Shown in pieces: positions 39,701 to 53,567 of a DNA stretch of 64,000 nucleotides. This stretch comes from Tubiluchus corallicola. Lineage: Eukaryota; Animalia; Priapulida. Location: assembly GCA_030141605.1 (NCBI GenBank), contig JAQGDQ010000301.1, positions 62,001 to 126,000 of the forward strand. Reading direction: 5' to 3'. Under the pieces are notes generated by a model. That model was not told the DNA's origin and searched no databases. It was given only the letters and a program-made list of their open reading frames with translations. Both the position numbers and the translations under genes were made by a program. Numbering within the stretch: position 1 is the first letter of the stretch; every line of letters starts with the position of its first letter.

Positions 39701-40689
39701 AGAAAAGCGGTCTGTACAACCAGAATTGTTCATCTGCACATATATGCATGTCAACTCTACAGTGGTTTGTACTTCTGTGAAAGTCTATGAATTAAATATC
39801 GATACTTTAAATTAATAATTTTGAAGGTAGTGGTCATGAGTAAGTTCTGCTGAAATGTTCCGAAGGAATGGTCGAAGTAAGTACAGTTAGTAAACTAAGC
39901 TGAATCCACCTTAAAATTAAAGTAGGTTTGCTGATTTTGCGCAATGCAGACATACGCCATGTTTTGCCTTGAAAATATTTCTCCGTAACTGCGTCTTACT
40001 GTAATTAGTGCCCGTTGTTACGATTTGTTCAGTTTTTCGTTCCTCAGTATGTTATATTTTGCTGCACTTAATTTGGTATAATTGTACCAGTGATATTGAC
40101 AAGAAGTTCATATGTATCACAGAACATGGAAGACACAGGGATTCAAATTGATCTAGGTAATGCTAATAAAAAGTACCTAGTTTTAACTTGTCCGGCTAAA
40201 TTAAAGAAAACACCGAAGAATGAAGTTAAGTTAAGGGTCTAGGGATGTACTGAAATTTATCTGCTTGACACTAACAAGTTGGTACCCTCATTGATTTTGA
40301 CTCCACTGCCTGGCAACTTTTTGCAGCTTTGATGTTTGTGTGCAATAGTACTAGTAAGTTGGCTGAACTTGAATTATAGCGTTTGCTCATTTGATGGCGC
40401 TATAAGCGTATATTTAATTAACAAAAACCTTTCTGTTATTCGCCTCTTAATAGAGCTGTGCACAATTTTCACATATGGATAGCCTTGAAATTGAATCATA
40501 AAAACCTTTTGCTATATTACACACACTTTGATTCAAGGTGATTGTTCTGCGATGCTAGCCCAGTATTTAAGAACATAAAATGGTTTAATTTATATATATA
40601 CATTTATATGCACATGAACTATGAACATATGGTTTGTGGACTGAGCTATATGAGCAAAATGATGACTCACCATATAAGTCTCCATCAAT

Positions 40690-41120
40690 CTTTACCTACA
40701 ACAAGTTTTCTTGTGTAACCAATCAATATTCTGCATTTCCAGCCTACTTGTATAACCTTGAATAGCACCTGATAAGTGGTTTACTTTAGATGTATCAGTG
40801 GTTTCTCATTCCAAGTGCTTAGAATTCTCTGACTAATTTAAAAAAAATTCTCTGATCTAAATTTATATCTGTTAGTTTTATATCTGTCAACCGTGACATT
40901 TTGATTTTCGCAGTCAGCTTCACAAACTTGATGACTTGGATTAGATCCACACAAATTCTTCTAGTAAGGAGTGTTTGTAGATTTAGTTGACATAAATGTT
41001 TGACAATATGGTAAGGCTTGCAATCCAAGCACCATTTTCGGGACAACCTCAATCAAACAAATATCTTTTACATAGAGAAGGTTCCAAACCAATCTTCCAT
41101 ATATTCTTCCATTGAGTGAA
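40690..41120 (-). mobile_element. Decayed CR1-like LINE 3' fragment
   Basis: HLCQLNLQTLLTRRICVDLIQVIK...QRIFF resembles the CR1 'RL..L.L.TL..RR.RGDLI..YK' segment. Confidence 0.65.
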
Positions 41121-41186
41121 TTTAGGGTGATTAGTGGCTAATGATTTACAGGCAGTTTTAGGGTATGGTCCCACCAGGACGACTTG

Positions 41187-42027
41187 TAAGGCCTCCGATT
41201 TTCCGTGATCATGGAAAACAGATGGAGTTTATGGAAATGGGCAATTGAAAAGGAAATAGCTGTGAAAAATGGAATTGGTTTGATTTCCCGGTTTTTCTGA
41301 AATTTATTGTGTACTAAAGATGAATTTGCTTCACTTGTTACCTTACGGCAAAACTAAGCAGTTTTTCAGCTTTTCTTGGCCTAGCCTAGAGTTCTAGCAA
41401 AGCGTTATGTTTTTTATACAACTTGCGCACTCAGTACCTATCTTTCACTTTGTTTTTGCATTTGCCACGAGAAATACAGTAAGTTCTTTAATGTGAACTT
41501 GTAACGAATAGCAGTGCATTTGTGGAAAAGTTTCATATGTGCAAACACCACGTGACCATGCCTTTGAAATTTTTTGTATTCATAATAAAATTAATATAAA
41601 GTCCATATAAACTCCTATACCTTTTTGGTGTCAATTCAAGTTTATTTAGTTCAACTTTTAAAATAAGTGATGAAAGTGACGTTCGGCCGAAGTAAAATAA
41701 TTTACACTATTTGACATGTGACAGCTTGGGAAGAGACCTGGCAATTTCCCGATGATATGTATAAATATGACGGTATAGTGTTTTGTGCAGGAATTAAAGG
41801 TTAGTGTTCTTATGTTATGCAAAGCCAAATGCAAATGGTGATAGACTACGTACTTCATTGATATGAGAATTATTATTTTTTGTTTACAGTCTATTGCACG
41901 TTATGTACATAATTTGATGGTAAATGTTAGTTATAGGGTCATGTAGCTTCTAATTTCTGTGAAGCCGACCTGACAATTCCTTGAAACGGAACTTGGTCAG
42001 TTTTGAAATGGAAAATTGGAGGCCCTA
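41187..42027. mobile_element. Non-autonomous DNA transposon with ~18-bp imperfect TIRs
   Basis: TAAGGCCTCCGATTTTCC versus GGAAAATTGGAGGCCCTA (2 mismatches). No TSD is evident. Confidence 0.5.
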
Positions 42028-45000
42028 AAGTTGACTACCGGTGCATTTTGTCTTTTAACAAATGTAGTGAACTGATTGATTTGGGTTTTGAATTGCAATG
42101 CTATGTTTGTTTCTATAGCTTCTGCTGACAATTTGTCTCATAAATTGCCTTTTTTGTCGATGTAGTGCAGCTGAAGTTGCAGACCTCTATTGGAGTAGGC
42201 AATATTGCCTTTCATTCAATTCAACATTGATGTGTCAGTTTTTTTCATTTTAAATAGTTGCGTGAGATCGCTTTTCATTCGTCTTGTTGTAACTTTCAGT
42301 TTTTTGACAATAGCAGAGATGCTTTACTGAACACATTAGTCTTGTTGCGCTGTGCTGAACTCGTTCAAGCAGATTAATGTCCTTATTAAAGTATGGACTC
42401 TACACTGGTGAACTATGTTCCGGAAATTGTCTTACTTTGTACTTTGTAAAATACAGTTGCCAGTTTGCAGACTTGAGTGTGAGCTCTATAATAACCTGCA
42501 CTAGCTATATGCTTAAAAATGCGCACTCAACTTGCTAGATTGTTTTACCTTTTTACTATTACTATTAGATCCTAGATTTATTTCAAGTGTACGACTTGTA
42601 TTATTTTTTCTGTATTTCTCTTGTCTCATCAAGGCTAGCTGTACAGTACAGTACAGAATTTTTTACTACAGTATTTTTTAAATGTATAAAGTACTGTATT
42701 GCATTCGTACCGTATTTGTAACATTGTAAATTCTGAATAGCTATATAGGTGCTGTATAGTTACTTCTAGATATAAGTGTTTTTTAAAAGAGTTTGTTTTT
42801 TCCCGACCTGTGATCTTTCCACTCACCATCAGTAGTGAATGTGCATTGAAAGCAAATTGTCCAAAGCTGTACGAAAGAAAAAAATAAATATTATCCAAAC
42901 GATCAGTTAGTTTGTCAGCTGATCTACAGTGTTACTACACTGTTTTTAATGAGCTTTTATAGAAGACTCGTAAAAATACATGTCTTTTAAGTATATACTC
43001 TGAGTATAAAGTAGTCTTTTAAAAGTATCGTGACTTACAGTATTTGGTATTTCTACGGGGAAGGCATTCATCTTGTCAGTTTCAGAATTTGAATAACTAA
43101 AACTAAATAGCTGTTTAGAAATTGTAAAAAATATTGTCCACTTTTTCTTAAGACCTTCAATAACAAACATCCATGTTAAGCCGTTTAGTTGATTTTAGCC
43201 ATTCAGAACAAGATAATGACTCTGAAGACGTAGCTACTATGGATATTACTAAAACACTCTTGCACTCTCTCAATACAATTTGAAATCAAGAAGATCAACA
43301 AAATAATGATGTATGGAGTGGAACAAGAATTGCTTTAGCTCATGACAAGAAACGAGAATGTGTGAAAATTGAGACCCAAGCATTTAATTATTCATGATGG
43401 TTTTACTAGTAATAGGTCCTAAACATTATTGTGATGTCTGTAACAAGACCGAGTCGGTTTCTTCAGTATCAGCGGGTAAATAAGCACTTATACATTCACG
43501 TATAATTGTGACAGGCGTTATTGTTACCTACATTGCATAACTTCATAGGCCTATGTATTAAAATGCATTTGCCATTTAGAGGCCCGCAAGGCTGCAGCAA
43601 GTAAATCATTTTGTATTTGTATACACGATAAGCGCTGGCATGAACTGGCTAAGCAAGCAAGTTTATCTTAGAAAGTTCTACAAAATTAAATAGTAGACAT
43701 TTAATATCTGTGCTGCAAACCACCCGTGTCATCCATGAAAGTGAAGAATAATAGCCCCAGGATATTCCCTGAGTTTTTAAACAATATGGACTTTTAATTT
43801 GTGCAAACTGTTTGCAGCCATGTAGGCCTATTGTATTCTGTCAGAAACAAAACATGTCTACATAAATGCTGAAACTAAAAAGTTTAAATGCAGCAAAAAA
43901 TGAAAATATGAAAATGGTTTAAATTCTGAATTACTGTAACTATACAATTTTTGCATGTGTACTTACTGTCATTTTTAACTTGCTTGAAAGGAGCAACAAC
44001 CAAATGATCATATTCCTTGTTTCAGCTTTCTCGATTTAAACGAAGGTGGAGAATTTTGAATTTTTGACAACTGATAAAAATTGATCATATTGATCATCTA
44101 ATTTAACAATAATTTTGTCACAAAAAACCAAGTTTCCATAATCTTATGCAGAGTAACCTAAATTCTGTTCCATATGTTACTTATTGTTCCATTTCTTACC
44201 TTGCAAAAAATCAGCAAGTAACATGCTGGTACATGAACATTGCAAAAAAAATTTATGATTTTATTTTTGCATTGCAAAAAGTTTAGGTGCCACAACTCTT
44301 TATGTTGAAATTTTATCTATAACACAGATGATGTCAAATCTGTGAGACTGTCTTGCACAAGTATGTGGGATATATCCAGGATGCTACTTTGCATTTTATG
44401 ATGTGAAGTATAAATTTTTTATTTAAATTTTCAAAACATTTTGCCTTGACATATGGCATGCGGATCTGAGTACTATCTGAAAAGTAATTTAACTTAGAAT
44501 TTATAGCCTAAGTAATATTTTGTTTGGGGCTGCCATTTATGCTCATTCATTGATGAAGTAGGCTATCATTGAAGAACGATATATGCTGTTGCTCACTGAG
44601 CACAAGACCTTATTGTAAATTTTGATCATAGTTTGGTATCATCGTGAAATTGGTATGTGTACTTGATTTAGTACAACAGTGCTTAGTGCACTCGTTACCA
44701 CCACCGGGCGGAATTGCGCTCAAGGATGAATTCTTGTTATGTAAACTTGCCTGGTTGAGCCTTGCATTACAGCACTCAGCTTCCTTATGGCATGCTGGGA
44801 TGCTGAGTTTGGGTCATGGCCTCAAAATATACCTAACATCTGGTTTACTGTTGATTTTGTTCCTGCCCTCATTTTCGGAAGAATGGAAAATGAAACCTGA
44901 AAGCAAAGTGGATCAAATTAGGTCTAGTTCATCATGATTTTTTGTCTTCTCAATGAATGAATGTTCACCGGGTACCTGTTAAGATGGTGAGCTGTAACTG

Positions 45001-45599
45001 AATTTATCAAAGTCTTTCCTTTAAGACATGACACAGGCTCTGACTAATTTATTAATTAATGGCATAGTTTAAAAAAATAAAGCACAATGTTGGGAACGCA
45101 GTATTGCCATCCCAGGTTTCTTTTTGTATGGAAAATTTTGCCTTGTTTGTTTCGTTACTACAGTAGTTCCTACAGTGCAACAAAAAAATTTCTGATAAAT
45201 TGTGTACACCCAAACATATTTAAACCATATATCTTGATAACCCCAAATTTCCTGAACATTGATATTATATCTTATTGAACTCTTGTGAGTGTACGTTAAT
45301 AATTAATAGTTGCATTGTTACAAGTAAAATAAAGCTGTTTCTTTTGTCAAAGTAATTTCTTTGGTTCTCATTCCCCCGAAGTAACCTTACCCCTTAAAGG
45401 ACAAAACCAACTCTAAAATAACATTCATTGTATTTTAATATACAGTTAAAGGAAAACCGAGCAATTGATTAGACTCAATCTCATTTTAATTTACTGTCCA
45501 AAATATACATTTTCTTGCCTATAAAAGTTTGCAATTGTCTCTAATATTTGAATAACTACCTTGGAAAGTTGATTAGCAGCAACCCAACACAGCGCTCGC

Positions 45600-45724
45600 T
45601 TACGTCACAAACTAACCGCAGTTTGTGCAATGGTAGGCATCTGCTCTGTGCATCAAGCATGTGTGTGTAAGCGAAGATTGCTGTAACACGCTGATGTGAC
45701 GTCACGAAAATGAGCTTTACGTCA
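45600..45724. promoter_or_regulatory. Cluster of three CRE/ATF-type sites in a CpG-rich patch upstream of the RXR coding exons
   Basis: TTACGTCA at 45600, GTGACGTCAC at 45696-45705 and TTACGTCA at 45717. Confidence 0.4.
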
Positions 45725-46990
45725 CAGACGAACACTGCACAGTTCATGATCATGCTCGTCACAGTACTGCGCCTACATCACACTACCGCGTATGACAAAC
45801 AAGCGTCATTGCCAGTCTTAGTGGATTCGCTGTGCCGTGCGTAGGTTTGAATGTCTAACAAAATTTAACTGTCCGAGATAATTATTATTTAACCTAAGCT
45901 TTGCTTTAAAAAAAGCTGTTGTAGTTTTCAGTATTTTAGAGCATACTTTATTTTGAACTAATGTGTTACACAATCGTCTGGTTTTCCTTTAAAAATATTG
46001 AAATCACACACGATGTACGTGCATAAAATGTTTTTCTTAAAAATGCAATTTAAGTTATTCAAAAATCATTCTTATGGTCTGCGAAATGAACCTCACTGTG
46101 GGCATATTTAAAAAAATGACGTTAACTGGTGTGCAGCGCTAAAGCATGAGTAGCAAAATTTCACTCAAAAGTTCTTGTTTTCTAGCTGATTAAATCTCTG
46201 AGTTAAACTGGGTTTATGTAAAAATTAGTCATTGGAACAAATAGCAACAACTTTTAAGTTGTTACATTCCATTAATCTGCAACATTAATGGGGATGCTAA
46301 GTACTGTATATAATCAAATTATAGATTGTTTGTTAACTTTCAGATAGGCATGCAATTCTGCTGCATGAAGTTGGTGCCAGGCGAGTTACTTAGCTTATAG
46401 AGTTCACTTTTAGCTTGTTAAAATAATTACTCTGTTATTTTGTTTGGATTAACTAGCTGAGTTTCAAGATTATTGTATTACTGTTGGTAATTGTTTTTCA
46501 TTTACGATGCAGGGAGATTTATCAAAAAGCAAAAAAATGGCGTTAATTATCTCTTGTGTAACATTTTGGATTGTTTATACATGTACAGTTGATAACAGTG
46601 GCTGTAAACTGTAGAAAGTTCTCTTTGGCGGGATGTAGCCAAATGGCATCATTTTTCGTTCAAAAGTATGCAATGGTCAGGAGTTTAAAATTTTAAATTA
46701 ATTTTACTAATTATACGAGGCACTTATCACGATTTTGTTGCTGAAACTTCTTAATATTTTTCACCAATATTAAAATACGCTCAACAAGCTCGAAAGTCTT
46801 GGCTTTTCCTTTAAACAGAGTTTCACTGTTTTCTTATAAAATGTGCAGGATGTGTTGTGTCACTAGTTGTAATGTTTGTCCTTTGTGCAGTGCATTTTTT
46901 TGTTTTTTTTTGGTTATATGTTTTGTAGTAAGTTTGTATTTTAAGAGTCCACAACAAATTATTACAACAACCATAATTTGTGGTGAGGTT

Positions 46991-47050
46991 TGTGGCTGAG
47001 AGGTGGGATTCTTGCGCATTGTGTGAGAGGCGTGGGTTTGATGCTCGCGC
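46991..47050 (+). mobile_element. tRNA-derived SINE head
   Basis: TGGCTGAGAGG (A box) and GGTTTGATGC (degenerate B box); it shares GTG.GAGAGGCG.gGGTT with 14018-14072. Confidence 0.5.
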
Positions 47051-50000
47051 CAAGTGTAAAGGTTTACGCATGCTTACGTCATAGAAGGAGAATGTATATA
47101 CATCTGTGTGGCTCGAATACTGGTTCAGTGGCTCATCTTAATGTCTTAGCGTTGATAGTGAGTCAATCTTGAATATCGCTGAATAGCCTTGCTTTGAGTG
47201 CTTTCAGGCCTTGTTGATCTGCTTAGCCATACATGTGTACTTCTCATTTTGTAGAGAAGACTTGTCCAGTTGCCTTCAGCATGAGGTTTTTGGAATATTT
47301 TAAAAAATAAATGAAATTTCGTAGCTTATCACCAAACGCACAAGTATTTTTGTATGCCACACAAGTTAGTATGTCACCCAGTGTTAAATTAGGTCAGTAA
47401 AATTAGGTTCAGATTTTTGTGATCACTTAGACTTTCATATACCGACATTCTGAACAGTTAGGAAACCAGTTTATTCATGTCTGTTCCCCTGCTGACTGAC
47501 CTTTCTATTGATTGGTGTTGATAGACATCATTCTGTTAAGCTCACTAGACTGTGTCATCTCATGGACTGGTACAGATTCATGTGTGCTTTAGTGATGAAG
47601 CCTGGTTGATGGGGGTTGATGACCGCCTGCAATCAATGAATGAAGCCTATGCCTGCACTGCCTGGCACAGCTTCCCAATTATAGAGTTGAATCTGTTGCC
47701 AGGCTCCATCATTAATATCTAGGGCATGCGTTAATAGCATAGTGTTGGTTTGTGTGTAAGTCTGTTGTCGTCTGGAGTTGCAGTGTTATGGCGCATCAAG
47801 TGTGTTGTGACTTCATAATGGTGTTCCGACAAGTGACTTCTTGTATTCTTCACTACTTTTCTGAGCAAATATCGTCTGCTAGTGTTGACTTTCACAGAAG
47901 TTGTTGTACTTATGGAGACTCACAATTGCCTTAGAGATTTGTTGATGAGTGAATTTTTTCAACTTTGTACAACCACATTTTTTATGTTACCACTGGGACA
48001 ATGGTGGTTTAAATAGTGAGAATGAATGGACCTTTCACTAGTCATGCAGACCTGTGGAAGCCATATCTTCTTCACCTTACCGGTAGTTGTAATTCTTATA
48101 ATTGATGAAACAAATTGATTTATTGATAATTACTGTTGATTAAAAAATTTCAATTTTAGTTTTCAACTATTTTCTCTTGTCTGCTATAACCTGATTACGT
48201 AGTTCATCGTCAAGCACAAATGTTATAATAATACATGGTTAGATTTGTACTAAGTTTTAGAATGCGTTTATCTCATTAATTATCATAATCACGTTTTGCT
48301 TATGATTGCTGCGTATTAGCCTCCATTTAAGAAAGTTTCATGAGATCCTGAAGTCCCTTTCTGTAGTTTTTACTTTTTTGAAGAGTCTCAATACTGAGCA
48401 TTGATTTATTCCAACAATTTAGATTCATTCTCTGTGTTTTGTCGTATAAGATATGAAGGTAATATTCAGAATGTAAACATGTCACTGATAATAATATGGC
48501 TTACTGTTAGCAAACTTCGTTTGCTTTAGGTTCTAAATATAAGCTGGGTGTTCCAGGTTTTATTTGAAGGAGCAACAAACTCTAAAACTTGTACTTTGTT
48601 CTGATATCAAGCATGCGAGTATTTGTAGATATGCTGATGCACTTTAGGTGTTGACTGTCGACTTATGTAAAACTTCACTGAAGCAGATTGGATATATGCT
48701 GAAAGCGTTGTCCGCGTTAAACAAAGAACTCTTCTGTAATCTTAGCATTATCGTCCAGTGGTGGGTGTTGCTCACACAAGACCATAATACTAACTTTTTG
48801 AGAACCCTTTTTTTTCAGTGCTATGGGTCTTTCAGTAAAAATGCGTGCCTGAGAGTTTGTTGTAATATACTATCCGTGGACTTAATGTTAAGAACCCATT
48901 TAACTCATGTTTTTGAATGACAGTTGTTGTCCTGCCTTTCTTGCAGAATTCCGATTCACTAGTTTTGAAGTAAGTTTAGTAAATTCCACTAATGCAGGTA
49001 TTTTCTTTATCCTTTGTAAGTTACTACCCTATCAGGATTCTCTCGTCTCTTTCCTAGGCCTACTCAGTCTTAATTGTGTACTTGACTACTGGCCAGTGAC
49101 CACGTAGTGGAGGCAATGATCTACCCGTTTGTTCCCTTTATGTGCTGAGGCTTTGTAAACAAATAGCGTGTTATCTATCCGAATGCTCCTTTAGGCATAT
49201 GGCCCCATTCTTCTTAGTAAATACTGTTTAAACTCTCATTATTTTTCTTCCTGTGATTTTGTATTTGGTTCTTTCTGTCAGGCTGTGAGCATCTGACATG
49301 TAAGATTTTAATTTAGTTCGTGTGTACGCTACTGAAAGGAAGTGCTTAGCTGCAAATAAATATAGGTTGTAGAAGTAGAACTGCGTAAGTTAGTTGAGTT
49401 GGTCTCATTTCATTTCCCTGCCTCTTCCTGTGCCCTAGTTAAAGTGAGCGATCCAGGATTTAGTGTCTGCAGTTTTTGCTTCAAGTTTGAAAATTAATGT
49501 GTCTGCGTGGGCTTAATCTAGTTTCGTGTGTTTTTTCAGCTGGCAAAATGCATAACTGGTACATTATTTTTAGCAGCCGATAACTAGTCAGAATCTTATT
49601 AGTGGTCCAATTTTTTCATGTTTGATGAGTTTTCAGACAGGTATTTCGTACTATTTTAGTATCAGCAAACAAACTGAAATATAACAGTAAGCATTTGTTT
49701 CAAAGCTTTAGGTAAAGGTTAATCTTCTTCAATAAATTGCATTATGGAAGATGTTTTTGTGACTTGGTGTGTAAATGCAACAGTTGTAGCCATATAAATG
49801 CACAAATACAATCTAACATGGGCGCACATACAACTACATTGTTAGAAGAAAAAATAGTCACCGAAATAATTCTTGGTATTTTAATTTATTATAGATCATC
49901 AAGTTTCATTACTACAATGATGAAAGTTGTCTAAACTTAATTTCATGTTTAATAAATAGTTTTTCATTCTTTATTCCAGAAACAAAAGAAATGTGTGAAA

Positions 50001-51673
50001 AGCTTTCAATATTTCCACCGCCATTCATAATCAAACAAGGTAAGTGCCTGAATACACACAACTTTGATGGTCTCTTTTGCCATGCTGAGTACTGCAGTTC
50101 GTAACTATTTTCAATTTTATTAACAATACACATCACTCCAATTTATTTTTTCTGATCACAACAAACTTCAAGCTAGCTCACCTTCTCAAATCTATTTAGC
50201 AATGTAAAGTGGAGTTGCTTGAGCCAGCAGGGGTTACTTGAGATATACTTGGGGACAAGGTTTGTAAATCAGCGTAGTAATGGACATATAATGAAATTAT
50301 TAACAATAGCAGTTGTTTTGAAATAATCAAAGTGCGAAAGTCATTGCTGGTTTACTAACCTTGTCCTCAGGTTTTGTCTTGAGTATTTCTGCTGGGACAA
50401 GTAAACTTATTTTACAGTAACTGTTTTAATTTGTAGTTAAAGAGAAACGGTTGAGCTGTTCTAAGGCCGACAATAAGAATACTGCTGTTTCCGCTATTTC
50501 TGTCTAATCGCCCAGGTAACATTTTTTATCGCACACCTGGCCGGGAATTTTATCATTTTTTGTACATTCGTACACTTGCCTGACGCAGTCATATAAAAGA
50601 ATATTTTTTTAATTTAAAACATAAAACTCAATAATTATTATAACGTCGTTGTTTTGGTAAGGACGCAGCCATGTTTTTCTATGGCTAACTCTAGGCCAGG
50701 ATTGCCATTTTGCATGATACTGATTATCATATATGATGCGATTTCTGCTAAATCAGCTTATAAAGTCCGAATAGTGTTGCCACTCATACCATAATTATCA
50801 GAACATCATCATACCATAATTAAGAGGCATTTATGCAGCATGCCGATGCGGAACAGCCTGTGGTAAAAAATAATTGGGAACACCTGCGAATTTATACTCA
50901 ACATGTTGCTTGCAACTTGTTGGTCAACCGAAATTTGGTAACCAGGGTTGCCGTTTTTTTATGATGCTGATTATTGTACTGAAGACTAAAAAGTATCGTG
51001 TTTTCTGCCAAATCAATGTAATCTCTCTTTTTATCTATGTAGAAGGGTTATGAAATCTTATTTGTAATTTATTTTTAACATCTGTATACATATTTTCGCA
51101 TTAGTATGGAATTTTGAGTGAATTCTGACGTTTCCCCGCTTCTTCCTTTCCAATATGTCGTTTATTTAAACTTTTTTAACGTAATTATATAACTCTTGCC
51201 ATTAATAGTCGTTAAAATGACCTAATTGGTACTCTTATGAGAATGCGAATTACCCAGACGTGCACAAAAGAAGTACTTGTTACTGTACTCAGCGATTGCT
51301 TGAAATGTAACCTTCGAGTGAAATCGAAAGTGGTAGTTGGTTATTTGCATTGCCTTTTTGTTGACCTGCTGTACAGTAATTGCTTTTCTCTATTCATGGT
51401 CGATGCTTGACCGAGTTTCGACTGTTTCACTTTCCTTGTCATTGAGATACTGTATCATGAATGTACTAGCTGTTAGTTGAGCTTGTTTTTCTTTGCGTGT
51501 TGATCTGATGTTTAAAGAGGAAGAAAATGCAATTTTAAAGTATATCCCAAAGAACTTTCCATACATAGTTGTATTAGTTAGCATTACTCGTAACTCTTTG
51601 AAAGTCTTATGCAATTGGAATAGAAAATTCTTAGTAATTTAAAATGTTCGCGCCACCTGGTAAAACGGCACTG

Positions 51674-51737
51674 CATCACCACCACAGTGTGCGCCATCAC
51701 CACCCCAGTGTGCGCCATCACCACCACAGTGTGCGCC
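51674..51737. repeat. 21-bp tandem repeat, 3 copies
   Basis: CATCACCACC.CAGTGTGCGC at 51674, 51695 and 51716. Confidence 0.95.
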
Positions 51738-51986
51738 ACTGATTCACCGAAAAACATATTGATTTTATTGACAACGTAAAGAATTCTAAACTTTTGCTTA
51801 GTGCTACAAATGCTCTGATTATTTTTTCAAATTTTACGCAGTGTTATCTAAACTTGTTTCATCTGACATGTCGTTAAAACGGCTGTGCCTAACGGTCATT
51901 TTATTAGTTTAAATTTACAATTTTGTACAGTATTGCTGCTACAATTTCAAGTCGAATTTTTAAGCTTTATTAGGAAGAGTGTTTTC

Positions 51987-53567
51987 TTATGTTAAAGCAG
52001 ACTCCGTAGTCTGCTTCTGCTCGTTACTTTCTATTATGTTAACGCAGACTCCGTAGTCTGCTTCTGCTCGTTGCTTTCTATTATGTCAACGCAGACTCCG
52101 TAGTCTGCTTCTGCTCGTTGCTTTCTATTATGTTAACGCAGACTCCGTAGTTTGCTTCTGCTCGTTACTTTCTATTATGTTAACGCAGACTCCGTAGTCT
52201 GCTTCTGCTCGTTGCTTTCTATTATGTTAACGCAGACTCCGTAGTTTGCTTCTGCTCGTTACTTTCTATTATGTTAACGCAGACTCCGTAGTTTGCTTCT
52301 GCTCGTTACTTTCTATTATGTTAACGCAGACTCCGTAGTCTGCTTCTGCTCGTTGCTTTCTATTATGTTAACGCAGACTCCGTAGTCTGCTTCTGCTCGT
52401 TACTTTCTATTATGTTAACGCAGACTCCGTAGTTTGCTTCTGCTCGTTACTTTCTATTATGTTAACGCAGACTCCGTAGTTTGCTTCTGCTCGTTACTTT
52501 CTATTATGTTAACGCAGACTCCGTAGTTTGCTTCTGCTCGTTGCTTTCTATTATGTTAACGCAGACTCCGTAGTCTGCTTCTGCTCGTTGCTTTCTATTA
52601 TGTTAACGCAGACTCCGTAGTCTGCTTCTGCTCGTTACTTTCTATTATGTTAACGCAGACTCCGTAGTCTGCTTCTGCTCGTTACTTTCTATTATGTTAA
52701 CGCAGACTCCGTAGTTTGCTTCTGCTCGTTACTTTCTATTATGTTAACGCAGACTCCGTAGTTTGCTTCTGCTCGTTGCTTTCTATTATGTTAACGCAGA
52801 CTCCGTAGTCTGCTTCTGCTCGTTGCTTTCTATTATGTTAACGCAGACTCCGTAGTCTGCTTCTGCTCGTTACTTTCTATTATGTTAACGCAGACTCCGT
52901 AGTTTGCTTCTGCTCGTTACTTTCTATTATGTTAACGCAGACTCCGTAGTTTGCTTCTGCTCGTTACTTTCTATTATGTTAACGCAGACTCCGTAGTTTG
53001 CTTCTGCTCGTTACTTTCTATTATGTTAACGCAGACTCCGTAGTCTGCTTCTGCTCGTTGCTTTCTATTATGTTAACGCAGACTCCGTAGTCTGCTTCTG
53101 CTCGTTACTTTCTATTATGTTAACGCAGACTCCGTAGTTTGCTTCTGCTCGTTACTTTCTATTATGTTAACGCAGACTCCGTAGTTTGCTTCTGCTCGTT
53201 ACTTTCTATTATGTTAACGCAGACTCCGTAGTTTGCTTCTGCTCGTTGCTTTCTATTATGTTAACGCAGACTCCGTAGTCTGCTTCTGCTCGTTGCTTTC
53301 TATTATGTTAACGCAGACTCCGTAGTCTGCTTCTGCTCGTTACTTTCTATTATGTTAACGCAGACTCCGTAGTCTGCTTCTGCTCGTTACTTTCTATTAT
53401 GTTAACGCAGACTCCGTAGTCTGCTTCTGCTCGTTGCTTTCTATTATGTTAACGCAGACTCCGTAGTTTGCTTCTGCTCGTTGCTTTCTATTATGTTAAC
53501 GCAGACTCCGTAGTTTGCTTCTGCTCGTTGCTTTCTATTATGTTAACGCAGACTCCGTAGTTTGCTT
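51987..53567. repeat. 47-bp tandem minisatellite, 33 full units plus a partial 34th, each with an internal hairpin
   Basis: Unit GCAGACTCCGTAGT(C/T)TGCTTCTGCTCGTT(A/G)CTTTCTATTATGTTAAC, starting every 47 nt from 51997 to 53548. Confidence 0.99.

Noticed and set aside
48330-50230. Additional LINE RT remnants (also near 8170-8400, 28300-28700 and 42940-43500)
   Set aside because: Probably real but too degraded to delimit or classify by eye, so they are not listed as features.
51987-53567. CRISPR array (palindromic repeats at regular spacing)
   Set aside because: There are no unique spacers, the units are contiguous and near-identical, no cas genes are present, and the context is eukaryotic.
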